Source: Macrostomum lignano (lineage: Eukaryota). Taken from it: a DNA stretch of 64,000 nucleotides. The stretch covers positions 1 to 64,000 of the forward strand of contig NIVC01002950.1 in NCBI GenBank assembly GCA_002269645.1. The letters are read 5' to 3'. Both the position numbers and the translations under genes were made by a program. Shown one piece after another: positions 22,177 to 33,853 of this stretch (position 1 is the stretch's first letter; every line of letters starts with the position of its first letter). The notes beneath the pieces are model-generated. The model searched no databases. It worked only from the letters and a program-made list of their open reading frames with translations, and was not told the origin of the DNA.

Positions 22177-22737
22177 GCTCACATTTCAGACAACTGGGAA
22201 TGTATATTTTAATATCTTACATAAGGCTATAGCTATAGGCTATATCGCCTATATGACTTATAGGATTTAAAGAGTTATTTTGTTTTATATTTTAAGGCAG
22301 TGCATAAAAAATAGCTTAAGCATGGTTAAGCCTTTAAAGAAAAATGGTTATAAGACCGCACTTAAACCGCACCTACTTTTTTAATTTCAGGGTGCGATTT
22401 TAAAATTTAGGGTGCATACGCACACTCTGCGCACAAAAAAAAACCCTGGGGCATTGTCCTTTACACTATTAAAGTTTAGCATTAGCCATACCATACCATT
22501 AGCCATAGCAAAGGTTTGCTGCCTGTTTGCACACATAATTTGCTAAACAATTTTATTTTTAGTTGTACTTTTTTGACTTATTACCCGACATCCTATCTAG
22601 TCTATGCTACATATTATTTAAATTACATTTAGGAAAAGCCTATATAAAATAAAATGACCCCAATGACTTGGATAAATCCCTAATATAAATGACATTAAAG
22701 TAAAAAATGAGTTGAATTTTTAGCATTAATTTGAATC

Positions 22738-23018
22738 CAGGGGCAGTTTTAAGGGTAGAGGTAGCCACCCCCCTTAAATAGCTTGACAGAACATATTGCG
22801 CCCCTCAAAAACCTAAGTTTGCACCCTTTAAACTTTTTTTTTGCCCCTAAACACCTTTTTGTGCCTATAAGCTTGATTTTTCATTCCATAATAAGCATTT
22901 TTTGTGCCCCTGAGCTTGATTTTTTGCCCCCTATATTCACTTGCATCCTTTAGGTTAAAAATTGGTGCCCCCTATACTCCTATTGGTGCCCTAACTTGAA
23001 GTTCTAGATTTGCCATTG
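22738..23018. mobile_element. Degenerate hAT-like MITE (CAGGGGCGGATCTAG-type ends)
   Basis: CAGGGGCAGTTTTAAG...CTAGATTTGCCATTG, internal TGCCCC repeats, and 6/8-matching flanks TTTGAATC/TTTTATTC. Confidence 0.4.
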
Positions 23019-24248
23019 TTTTATTCATTTTGAATTCAATTTGTCTATATAATTATATTGATGTCTAGGTAATCTAGGCTATATTCAAAATATTGGTATC
23101 CAACCTAGGGCTCTTTACTTTATTTTATTTTATATCTTAGATTCTTGGCAGTTGGGAATTAATTACATAATTTGAGAATTGGGATTCAATCAGATTTAAT
23201 CAAAAAAGTCAAAATCCCCAATATCTATCATCTGTTTGATCTCTAAATTAATATGAAAACATCTATTAAGAAAAGATAAAAAATAAAACTTTATTTTTAA
23301 ACATCTAAATATTATATTTAAATAGATGACTATGGTCTCTGCTTTTTTAATTGGATACTTTTTATTATCTATAAGTTAAATGTTACTAAATGTTAATAAT
23401 CACTTATTAAATGGATGATTTTAGATTAGGCTTAAATATTATAAATTAAATACAAACAAAATTATTATTTAGGAAAATATATAAGAATTATTTTTAGATA
23501 ATTCTCTTTCTTCTAACATTAAATGTTGATTGTTACTATTATTAAAAATGAGTTGTTGTCTATCAATGGCTGTCATTTTAAACTTATAATACTGATAGGG
23601 GGCCTAGGTTATATGGTATTTAATATTTTGTGGTAGACAAAATGACTATAATAATAAAACTTATATTGGATTTAACTTATCTTTAAACATAGAGCCTATA
23701 TATTAAGTTTTGTTGTACAAATATCAAAATAGAGAAATTGTATATAAAACAATTGTAAAAGAGATATCAATTTCATTTTACATTTCCATCAATGGTAAAC
23801 TTACATATAAGGGATTGTAGACAAAAGAAAATAAAATTAAATATGGTATGTAAACTAACAAATAGTTTTACTTTTTTTTAATCATATGCTTATATGTTTT
23901 AGTTTCATTATATGATGCCTTTAGTAGAAAATAAGTATATTCCATAACAAGAGGGGATTGTAAGACAAAAGTGAAGGGTGTGTATATGTCTATACAAAAA
24001 CATGTAAAAAACTAAACATGACAGAAAGCATATATTGGATTTTACTTTAATCTCTACAAACATAGCCTATATATTTGTTTATGGCATTTTGACACTAATT
24101 GCAACTATGTGCATGTTTTATGTATATATGTCTCTAGAATGATTGAATGACATTTGTTAGTTTGCAAATTGCATGCATGTTCAATTTTATTTACTTTTAT
24201 GCTACAATCCCCTATATGTAATTTTGCATTTATGTGATTATAAAATGA

Positions 24249-24495
24249 AATTGAGTTACAATTAGTTAAATGGCTAAATAGTATATCAGGTGATTATAGG
24301 ATGAAATTAAAAAATATATATATATATATTTTATATATATATATATTATATTTATTATTATTTTATTTTATTATTTATTATTTAAAATATATATTATTAT
24401 ATATATATATATATTTTAAATATATATATTTTTTAATTTCATCCTATAATCACCTGATATACAATTTAGCCATTTTAACTAATTGTAACTCAATT
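24249..24495. repeat. Palindrome with ~75-bp arms around an (AT)-rich centre
   Basis: AATTGAGTTACAATTAGTTAAATGGCTAAATAGTATATCAGGTGATTATAGGATGAAATTAAAAAATA recurs as a near-perfect reverse complement ending at 24495. Confidence 0.85.
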
Positions 24496-24625
24496 CACCC
24501 AGTAATAAAATGGGTTCTAACGTTATCTGCGGTAATCGAGGGTGTGTGTGTTGACCTCCCAGTTCTTGGACTTAACAGCCATACTCAGCTTTCAGATTAC
24601 ACATTGGGGCAGGTGTAATCAATTA
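24490..24625 (+). mobile_element. SINE family 1, degenerate 3' fragment
   Basis: TTCACCCAGTAATAAAATGGG...TTGGGGCAGGTGTAATCA resembles 17760-17955. Confidence 0.55.
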
Positions 24626-24919
24626 ATATTGATTAGTATTTAATTGACTAGGCAATTCAAGTCCCAGAACTTAAGCTGTTGTAAAACCATATTAATAATC
24701 CTTAATTAGTAACCATCTAAAATATTTGGTTTTAAAGTTGAATTTATTCAAAGTTAGTCAAAGCATTTAGCTGAATTCCACCCAATTGCCTCATAGCATC
24801 CAACTGAAGTTGACGAGGTGACCGCAGATGGTCACGAAGATGACAATGTCAATGTTTGTCGGCGACCTGCAGGCTGTTTGGGTGCCAGGTCGCCAGGTGC
24901 CATCACTGTCAATGCCCGC

Positions 24920-25165
24920 ATGCGACCACCGCCCCGGCTGCTAACCCCTGCTGGTCTGTTGGTCTGTTTGGCAGCTTTCTGCCTTGTGGTGCTATCACTA
25001 GCCAGTGTCGTTCTCATACCGCTGATGTACTCAAATGCTACTGAGCGCTATCCCATGCGGCTGGACTATCATAATCTCTATGGCTATGGAATTTGGCTGG
25101 CCTTCCTGTTAGTTGGCTGTGGAACACTCGCTTTGAGAACTGCTCACGATGGTGCGGTTAAATCG
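24920..25165 (+). CDS. Four-TM membrane protein (MS4A/CD20-like topology), exon 1
   Basis: MRPPPRLLTPAGLLVCLAAFCLVVLSLASVVLIPLM (TM1)...YGYGIWLAFLLVGCGTLAL (TM2); donor TCG|GTAAGA at 25166 (phase 0). The frame stays open upstream to 24818, so the start codon is uncertain. Confidence 0.72.
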
Positions 25166-25289
25166 GTAAGAATACTGATGCTTTTGTTTGTGTTAGCACA
25201 TAAAAGCACAGAGTGTGTACATACATGCATGTATAAGCGCGTCTGTTGCCGCTCTGACTCTCCCTATCTGAGATTCTTAAGTTGCCTCT

Positions 25290-25885
25290 CTGAATCTTTT
25301 TGGTTGCCCTTCTGAGTCTCTTTGATATCCTGTTTGTCTTATTGTTGCCTCTCTGAGTCTCTGGTTTTTCTCTCTGTGTCTATTGGTTGCCTCTCTGAGT
25401 CTCTTTGGTTTTCCTCTTTGTGTCAATTGGTTGCCTCTCTGAGTCTCTTTGGTTTTCCTCTTTGTGTCAATTGGTTGCCTCTCTGAGTCTCTTTGGTTTT
25501 CCTATTTGTGTCAATTGGTTGCCTCTCTGAGTCTCTTTGGTTTTTCTCTCTAGGTCTATTGGTAGCCTTTCCGAGTCCGCTGCTTGCCTCTCTGAGTCTC
25601 TTTGGTTTTCCTATTTGTGTCAATTGGTTGCCTCTCTGAGTCTCTTTGGTTTTTCTCTCTAGGTCTATTGGTAGCCTTTCCGAGTCCGCTGCTTGCCTCT
25701 CTGAGTCTCTTTGGTTTTCCTATTTGTGTCAATTGGTTGCCTCTCTGAGTCCCTTTGGTTTTCCTCCTTGTGTCAATTGGTTGCCTCTCTGAGTCTCTTT
25801 GGTTTTCCTCTCTCAGTCTATTGGTTGCCTCTCTAAGTCTCTGGTTTTCCTCTCAGGGTCTATTGGTTGCCTCTCTGAGTCTCTT
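25290..25885. repeat. 44-bp intronic minisatellite (TTGGTTGCCTCTCTGAGTCTCTTTGGTTTTCCTCTTTGTGTCAA)
   Basis: Period 44 (25383, 25427, ...), with variant blocks. Confidence 0.9.
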
Positions 25886-26077
25886 GGTTAATTTGTCCTG
25901 TGTTTCTGTTGCCTTCTAGCTCCATGACTGAGCATGCTAAACTTTCCTCTCTAAGCCTCCTTTTTCAACATTCGATACCCTGTGCATTGTCAGTCTGCAA
26001 AAAAGTAATAGTTTTTTTTCAAATTAGAAGTGCATCCATGTCATGCCCATAATTTTGCACACTGCCAGTTCATTCAG

Positions 26078-26185
26078 TTCTACGTGGTCTCCTGGGTCGC
26101 CGGTCTTGCCTGCATTGGCGTCGTGATCGCTCGGATTGTGTACTACGCTGACAAAGGATATGGCGATATAGCCACTGGATTGCCT
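26078..26185 (+). CDS. Four-TM membrane protein, exon 2 (TM3)
   Basis: TTCAG|TTC FYVVSWVAGLACIGVVIARIVYY...GLP|GTAAGT; phase 0/0. An alternative in-frame acceptor lies 9 nt upstream. Confidence 0.72.
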
Positions 26186-26424
26186 GTAAGTAAACTTACT
26201 TGTTGCTACTTATGGTTGAAACATAAGTAGTATAGTATTGTTGGTTTTTAATAGTAAGTGCTAATTATAAATGTTGGGGATTACTAAATAGCTGCTCATG
26301 CTCATCTAAAGTGGCATTACGTAGTATTCGTTATTCTCAAGCTAAGCAAATTTGGTTGCGGTTAGTACCCGTCACATATTGGGCTGCTTGCGTCACCTCC
26401 CTCATAAAATCGCGACCCCTGCAT

Positions 26425-26772
26425 GCAGGCAGGGGGGTTGTGTGCACCCTGGCGCACTTTAAGCGACATCAACACACAACCGGCGAGAGGCATTACTGCC
26501 CATTCCGCCGACTACCCTGAGCAGGCACACAAGCGCGGATACGTACGCAGGCACACACTCACACAGGAGTGTACAGCGGCCCTAACTTTATTTATCGTTA
26601 GGCATGTACACTTCACTGCGCCTTGGGGGGTTGGCTCTCAAGGCCGTTAATTGCACGAGCAGAGCCAAGCCGAGATTCCAATTCAGCCCCAAATTAATGT
26701 GACTGCACTTGGAATCGAGCCTGGGTCGCTGGCACACCAGAGCAGCTGCGCTACCGCTGGGCTACGGCCCCC
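26425..26772 (-). mobile_element. tRNA-derived SINE family 2, full-length copy in intron
   Basis: The minus strand starts GGGGCCGTAGCCCAGCGGTAGCGC (A-box)...CCAGGCTCGATTCC (B-box); the body matches 5689-5998. Confidence 0.85.
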
Positions 26773-26919
26773 GCCTATAGCCCTACTTCGACTATTATTT
26801 ATTGGCTACTAACCACTGCCAAATTAGTTTAACTTGCAGCGCTGGCAGTGAATGCTCTAGTCTACTCAATACGTACTAAATTAAGTAACCGGTACGTCAT
26901 AAATGCTCACAAATTTCAG

Positions 26920-27198
26920 CATAAACTGATGCAATTTTGGGTGCAAATTGCCTGCGACAGTTGCGCACTGGCCAGCTTGCTGTTGATTTGTCCAAGTCTG
27001 CTGTTCTACCTGGGCACAGCCAGTAAGTACTGGGCCGCCATGGCAACTGGAGATCAGCCGTTACAACCTGATGAAGAAGATTCTGTTGTTACAACTATCA
27101 ATACTGATGAAGCTGAGCTCAATATTGATGGAGAACGAAGAAACGGTGAGGCTGCTAATGGAGTCGGGCGGAGCAGGGTCAGCGTGTGGAATGCATAA
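26920..27198 (+). CDS. Four-TM membrane protein, exon 3 (TM4 + acidic tail, stop)
   Basis: TTTCAG|CAT HKLMQFWVQIACDSCALASLLLICPSLLFYLG...DEEDS...*; phase 0. The spliced product is ~210 aa from ATG 24920. Confidence 0.72.
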   Translation, partial: HKLMQFWVQIACDSCALASLLLICPSLLFYLGTASKYWAAMATGDQPLQPDEEDSVVTTINTDEAELNIDGERRNGEAANGVGRSRVSVWNA

Positions 27199-27619
27199 AC
27201 TTCGAAGCCTATAAAATTCTCCAATATTTTTTGTTATATAAATGTAACAGCAGTTGATAGGCTGTCTACTGTAATTTTTTTAAACTGCTCATGTTATGTC
27301 AAACATGATTTCATATTTAATATTCAAATTATTTTGCAGTGTTGCGTTACATTATCAGCAGTCACTCCTGATATCACTACCTGATACCACCATCACTAAT
27401 CAATTAGAATGGAAATTTTCTCGGTAAAAAGTTTCATTCAATATTTTGTCCGCTGATTGCTAGGTTTACAATTATTTATTAAGTTTGTTCTAATTTTTAG
27501 AACTGTGTATTATATGCAGAAAATTTTGCTAGAAAACTGGCTTTTTACAACTCTGAGGCCAGGCCACAAATGGCCCCTGAAATTAAATTGTCATCAAGGG
27601 AAAGAATATCACCTGAACT

Positions 27620-27920
27620 CGCATTTACTTAAAGAATCGCCCCTGAAACTCTCATCATGAGGAGATAATCGCCGTGAAACTCTCAACAAGAGGAGAGAAT
27701 CGCCCTGAAACTCTCAACAAGAAGAGAGATTCGCCCTGAAACTCTCAGCAAAAAGAGAGAATCGCCCTGAAACTCTCAACGAGAGGAGAGAATCGCCCTG
27801 AAACTCTCAACAAGAGGAGATAATCGCCCTGAAACTCTCATCAAGAGGAAAGAATCGCCCTGAAACTCTCATCAAGAGGAGAGAATCGCCCTGAAACTCA
27901 ACAAAAGGAGAGAATCGCCC
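27620..27920. repeat. 31-bp minisatellite (GAGAATCGCCCTGAAACTCTCAACAAGAGGA)
   Basis: About ten tandem units are visible. Confidence 0.9.
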
Positions 27921-28719
27921 TACAATTCATCTTCCATTATATCAGAACAACAGAACTAGTGCAGTTCTTTACTCCATCTGTCACTCACACGCAATGTTAT
28001 TAATTTGCAGGTACACATTTGCACAGTGCACACCTGCGTATGTTAGTATTTCCAAAATTATTTTTTTTGTTTTGACGATACTTTTTACAAGAAACTATTT
28101 TTAGATGTTTATTTATACCAGGCACAGTAAGATATTATACAGGTTCTATATATATATTTTTTTTAAAGAAATGTTTTTACGATTCGACATATAAATACGA
28201 TTACGAACTTTTGCTGACGAAGTTTCTGCTAAGAAACTCATAAAAATTATCCAAAATTTTATTTTTTTAACTTAAAAAACACTCAAAATGCGTTTCATCT
28301 ACTACAAGTAGCGCAATTGTTCTTTGAAATGGTTGTAGCTCTTTCCGGTGTGTTTTTAGTTAAAAAAATATTTTTAAAAGTTCTAAGTTAAAAATAGTAG
28401 AGTGCACTAAAACTTCATCAGTGCACTGCTGTTATTGTAAAGCTACTCGTACATGATTATCATGTTGATGTAACATGAAGTTTCTCATGAAGTTTTGTAT
28501 TCAGTTCTTCACACAGGTAGTTTATGTAAATTTCCTGATTATTAACTTTTTATACTGTTCTTTGGTATGCGAGTTCGAGTATAGATCTCGCTTATTTTAC
28601 TCGGTAATTGTCAAGTAAACTTGTTAAAACTCTGTCATTCAGTTTTTTGCTTGTGTGCTTATCGTGAAGACGAATAGGCCTTGGTAGAATCTGAATAATT
28701 AGTATTGTGCTTTGAATAG

Positions 28720-30760
28720 TCAGTAATGAGATGTGAGTAGTCAGTATTGAGATTTGAGTAGTCAGTATTGAGATGTGAGTAGTCAGTATTGAGATATGAG
28801 TAGTCAGTATTGAAAATGAGATCTCAGTAGCTAGTATTGAGATGTGAGTAGTCAATATTGAGATGTGAGTAGTTATTCAATATTGAGATTTTAGTAGTCA
28901 CTATTGAGATGTGAGTAGTCATTATTGAGATGTGATTGAGATGTAATTGAGATCTCATTTTCATTATTGAAAATGATTCATTATTGAAATTGATCTCAGT
29001 AGTTAGTATTGGGATCTGAGTAGTCGGTATTGAAAATGAGATCTCAGTAGTCAGTAATGAGATGCCAATAGTCAGTAATGAGATGCCAGTAGTCAGTAAT
29101 GAGATCTCAGTAGTCAGTAATGAGATGCCAGTAGTCAGTAATGAGATCTCAGTAGTCAGTAATGAAAATGAGATCTCAGTAGTCAGTATTGAAAATGAGA
29201 TCTCATTAGTCAGTATTGAAAATGAGATCTCAGTAGTCAGTATTCAGATGTCAGTAGTCAGTATTCAGATGTCAGTAGTCAGTATTGAAAATGAGATCTC
29301 AGTAGTCAGTATTGAAAATGAGATGTCAGTAGTCAGTATTGAAAATGAGATCTCAGTAGTCAGTATTGAAAATGAGATGTCAGTAGTCAGTATTGAAAAT
29401 GAGATGTCAGTAGTCAGTATTGAAAATGAGATCTCAGTAGTCAGTATTGAAAATGAGATCTCAGTAGTCAGTATTGAAAATGAGATGTCAGTAGTCACTA
29501 TTGAAAATGAGATGTCAGTAGTCAGTATTGAAAATGAGATGTCAGTAGTCAGAATTCAGATCTCAGTAGTCAGTATTGAAAATGAGATGTCAGTAGTCAG
29601 TATTCAGATGTCAGTAGTCAGTATTCAGATGTCAGTAGTCAGTATTCAGATGTCAGTAGTCAGTATTCAGATGTCAGTAGTCAGTATTCAGATGTCAGTA
29701 GTCAGTATTGAAAATGAGATCTCAGTAGTCAGTATTGAAAATGAGATCTCAGTAGTCAGTATTGAAAATGAGATCTCAGTAGTCAGTATTGAAAATGAGA
29801 TCTCAGTAGTCAGTATTGAAAATGAGATGTCAGTAGTCACTATTGAAAATGAGATGTCAGTAGTCAGTATTTAGATGTCAGTAGTCAGTATTGAAAATGA
29901 GATCTCAGTAGTCAGTATTGAAAATGAGATCTCAGTAGTCAGTATTGAAAATGAGATGTCAGTAGTCAGTATTGAAAATGAGATCTCAGTAGTCAGTATT
30001 GAAAATGAGATGTCAGTAGTCAGTATTGAAAATGAGATCTCAGTAGTCAGTATTGAAAATGAGATCTCAGTAGTCAGTATTGAAAATGAGATGTCAGTAG
30101 TCAGTATTGAAAATGAGATCTCAGTAGTCAGTATTGAAAATGAGATCTCAGTAGTCAGTATTGAAAATGAGATCTCAGTAGTCAGTATTGAAAATGAGAT
30201 CTCAGTAGTCAGTCTTGAAAATGAGATCTCAGTAGTCAGTATTGAAAATGAGATCTCAGTAGTCAGTATTGAAAATGAGATCTCAGTAGTCAGTATTCAG
30301 ATGTCAGTAGTCAGTATTCAGATGTCAGTAGTCAGTATTCAGATGTCAGTAGTCAGTATTCAGATGTCAGTAGTCAGTATTCAGATGTCAGTAGTCAGTA
30401 TTGAAAATGAGATGTCAGTAGTCAGTATTCAGATGTCAGTAGTCAGTATTCAGATGTCAGTAGTCAGTATTCAGATGTCAGTAGTCAGTATTCAGATGTC
30501 AGTAGTCAGTATTGAAAATGAGATGTCAGTAGTCAGTATTCAGATGTCAGTAGTCAGTATTCAGATGTCAGTAGTCAGTATTCAGATGTCAGTAGTTAGT
30601 ATTCAGATGTCAGTAGTCAGTATTCAGATGTCAGTAGTTAGTATTCAGATGTCAGTAGTCAGTATTCAGATGTCAGTAGTCAGTATTGAAAATGAGATCT
30701 CAGTAGTCAGTATTGAGGTGTGAGTAGTCAGTATCGATATCTGAGCAGGCAGTATTGGAA
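28720..30760. repeat. Mixed 27-bp / 21-bp minisatellite upstream of MON2
   Basis: Units TCAGTAGTCAGTATTGAAAATGAGATC and TCAGTAGTCAGTATTCAGATG; the array explains the SVVSIENEI ORFs. Confidence 0.95.
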
Positions 30761-30915
30761 TCTAAGTAAAGAAATTGAAATATGAGTAACTCAATGCAAT
30801 TGAATTTAATTCAATTCATGCTTTTGCTAACATAGTTTGAAAATAAATTAACTAACAAAATCGCCACAACAATCGCTAACTGGTATAGAGCTATAGAGTC
30901 AGCCAGACTGGCACA

Positions 30916-31167
30916 ATGTCTTCGGCTCAGGCTCTGGACCAGGTGAAAGCTGACTTGCGGGCCCTATCGGTTGAATCTCGACGCAAACAGCCGCAGGTTC
31001 GCGACGCATCCGAGGCCGCCCTGGTCCGGCTGGGGCAGTTGAATGTCTCGACGACTCCTGCTGAACAGCTTCGCAGGGAGCTGCTTCAGATTAATAGCGA
31101 CTTGGTGCGGCCCGTGCTGTTGGCTTGCTCTACCAAGCATCCCAAACTGATACAACTGGCTTTGCAG
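30916..31167 (+). CDS. MON2: MON2 (ARF-GEF-like Golgi/endosome trafficking scaffold), coding exon 1
   Basis: MSSAQALDQVKADLRALSVESRRKQPQVRDASE...PVLLACSTKHPKLIQLALQ matches the MON2 N-terminus (DLRALS.E.KKK.P.VKEA.E; PFL..C.TK.PK..QL); donor CAG|GTTGGT. Confidence 0.93.
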
Positions 31168-31309
31168 GTTGGTGAATGGAGCTAACTTGCTACTGGTAGT
31201 AGTGCAGCTGGCTTTAGTACAGCTACTTGCATTGTTGATTTTTGGTTATGACTAATCCGATATCTTCTCAGATTCTTTAGTGTTTGTAGCGACCCTCCAA
31301 GCATCTTAG

Positions 31310-32560
31310 TTTATGAGTCTTTGCACCTATATCATCAGTCTTTGCACCTAAATCGTCAAGTCTTTGTTTTCACCTAAATCATCAGTCTTTGTAACTGAAT
31401 CGTCAAGTCTTTGTTTTCACCTAAATCATCAGTCTTTGTAACTGAATCGTTAGTCTTTGTTTGCACCTAAATCACCAGTCTTTGTTTGCATCTAAATCAC
31501 CAGTCTTTGTTTGCATCTAAATCACCAGTCTTTGTTTGCACCTGAATCACCAGTCTTTGTTTGCATCTAAATCACCAGTCTTTGTTTGCATCTAAATCAC
31601 CAGTCTTTGTTTGCACCTGAATCACCAGTCTTTGTTTGCATCTAAATCATCAGTCTTTGGTTGCACCTAAATCACCAGTCTTTGTTTGCATCTAAATCAC
31701 CAGTCTTTGTTTGCACCTGAATCACCAGTCTTTGTTTGCATCTAAATCACCAGTCTTTGTTTGCATCTAAATCACCAGTCTTTGTTTGCACCTGAATCAC
31801 CAGTCTTTGTTTGCATCTAAATCATCAGTCTTTGGTTGCACCTAAATCACCAGTCTTTGTTTGCACCTGAATCACCAGTCTTTGTTTGCATCTAAATCAC
31901 CAGTCTTTGTTTGCATCTAAATCACCAGTCTTTGTTTGCACCTGAATCACCAGTCTTTGTTTGCATCTAAATCATCAGTCTTTGGTTGCACCTAAATCAC
32001 CAGTCTTTGTTTGCATCTAAATCACCAGTCTTTGTTTGCACCTGAATCACCAGTCTTTGTTTGCATCTAAATCACCAGTCTTTGTTTGCATCTAAATCAC
32101 CAGTCTTTGTTTGCACCTGAATCACCAGTCTTTGTTTGCATCTAAATCATCAGTCTTTGGTTGCACCTAAATCACCAGTCTTTGTTTGCACCTGAATCAC
32201 CAGTCTTTGTTTGCATCTAAATCACCAGTCTTTGTTTGCATCTAAATCATCAGTCTTTGTTTGCACCTAAATCACCAGTCTTTGTTTGCACCTGAATCAC
32301 CAGTCTTTGTTTGCATCTAAATCATCAGTCTTTGTTTGCACCTGAATCGTCAGTGTTTGTTGTAAGCCTAAATAATCAGTCTTTGGTTGCACCTAAATCA
32401 CCAGTCTTTGCACCTGAATCACCAGTCTTTGTTTGCATCTAAATCATCAGTCTTTGTTTGCACCTGAATCGTCAGTGTTTGTTGTAAGCCTAAATAATCA
32501 GTCTTTGGTTGCACCTAAACCATAGTCTTCGTTTGTACCTGAACCGCCAGTCTTTGTTTT
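31310..32560. repeat. 25-bp minisatellite, MON2 intron 1 (CAGTCTTTGTTTGCACCTAAATCAC)
   Basis: About 50 tandem units fill most of the intron. Confidence 0.95.
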
Positions 32561-32635
32561 CACCACACCGGATCATCCCAGCAAGCCTCGAAGAGCTTAT
32601 ACAGCACGAATCCCTCCCCGTAACCTCGTCAACAG

Positions 32636-33115
32636 GCCCTCCAGCGTCTTCTAGGCGCTCGACTAATCAGCGAAGAATCCGGCGCCATGGTAGTCCAGAG
32701 CATGTGGACCCTGATGGAGGAATCAGTTGAAGAGGTTCGCCTACTCCAAACCGCCATGCTGCTAGTTAGCAATTGTCCCGGTCTAACTGGCCGACCCCTG
32801 TCCAAAGCGCTGGCTCTGGTGCTCAGACTGCATTTTAGTCGCAGCTCCATGGTGACTCAAACAGCCGCTGCCACTATTCGACAGTGCCTCACGGCCGTGA
32901 TGGACCGCGTGATGGTTGAAGACGCGGCGGCTCCGCCGCCAACTGGAAGCTCCTCGGAGGAGATTCAACCGGCCGCGGAGGACGCCAAGAATCTGCTGAC
33001 AGACCTGTGCCTGCTGGTTAACGGAGAGCAGCCGCACTGGTTGCACGGCCTCACTACGATGACTCGGTCGCTGGGCTTGGAGCTGCTGCACGCTGCTTTG
33101 GCCGACTTTCCTAAG
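32636..33115 (+). CDS. MON2: MON2 coding exon 2
   Basis: AACAG|GCC ALQRLL...MWTLMEESVEEVRLLQT...LSKALALVLRLHF...TAAATIRQ...DLCLLVNGEQPHWLHGLTTMTRSLGLELL...DFPK|GTCTGT; phase 0/0. Confidence 0.95.
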
Positions 33116-33159
33116 GTCTGTGAACTCGGCAGCTGCTTTCTAAGAAACACTTTGGCATA

Positions 33160-33665
33160 TCTGGATTTTGGCGCCACCGTTTTAGCATACGAGCGTATCC
33201 GGGTTTTGGCGCCAGTCTCTGGCTTATTCGAGTTTTCGCGCCGTCCTTTTAACATATTCGGGTTTTGGCGCCAACCTCTTATCATATTCGGATTTTGGCG
33301 CCAACCTCTGGCTTATTCGAGTTTTGGCGCCAATCTCTGGCTTATTCGAGTTTTGGCGCCGCCCTCTTATCATATTCGGGTTTTGGCGCCGCCCTTTGAG
33401 CATATTCGGATTTTGGCGCCAACCTCTGGCTTATTCATGTTTTGGCGCCGCCCTCTTATCATATTCGGGTTTTGGCGCCGCCCTTTGAGCATATTTTGGT
33501 TTTGGCGCCAACCTCTGCCTTATTCGAGTTTTGGCGCCGCCCTCTTATCATATTCGGGTTTTGGCGCCGCCCTTTGAGCATATTTGGGTTTTGGCGCCAA
33601 CCTCTGGCTTATTCGAGTTTTGGCGCCGCCCTTTTAGCATACATGGATCTGGGTTTTGGCGCCGG
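33160..33665. repeat. ~30-bp GGCGCC-containing minisatellite, MON2 intron 2
   Basis: TTTTGGCGCC(AACCTCTGGCTTATTCGAG / GCCCTCTTATCATATTCGGG) units. Confidence 0.9.
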
Positions 33666-33853
33666 TTACCTGGCATGGCCGAGGTTTGCTTCCCATTGCA
33701 ACCAAGTTGTAGATTCCTAAAGGAATCCAATTTAATACACTTCTGGCGCCCAGTATTGGCAGCGCCGCATGTGACTCAATTCTAGCGCCTCTGTTTCAGC
33801 ACTTCTGATTACGCAATTCAACTCCCACCGCACCCCAACCCTACCTGCCGCAG

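Larger units (their letters stand above)
19665..22448. mobile_element. Non-autonomous DNA transposon with C(A/T)GGGTTTTTTT termini and 9-bp TSD (MULE-like), containing nested elements
   Basis: Exact 9-bp duplication GGGCATTGT at 19656-19664 and 22449-22457; termini CTGGGTTTTT / AAAAACCCTG; repeated GGTGCGA/TCGCACC subterminal motifs. Confidence 0.8.

Noticed and set aside
29062-30723. 270-aa and 282-aa SVVSIENEI/SVVSIQM repeat proteins
   Set aside because: Units of 27 and 21 bp are multiples of three, so a stop-free frame is expected. There are no flanking unique coding sequences or splice signals.
33116-33577. C-terminal extension of the 296-aa ORF
   Set aside because: MON2 similarity ends at DFPK|GT and resumes at 33854; the extension is read-through into the intron 2 repeat.
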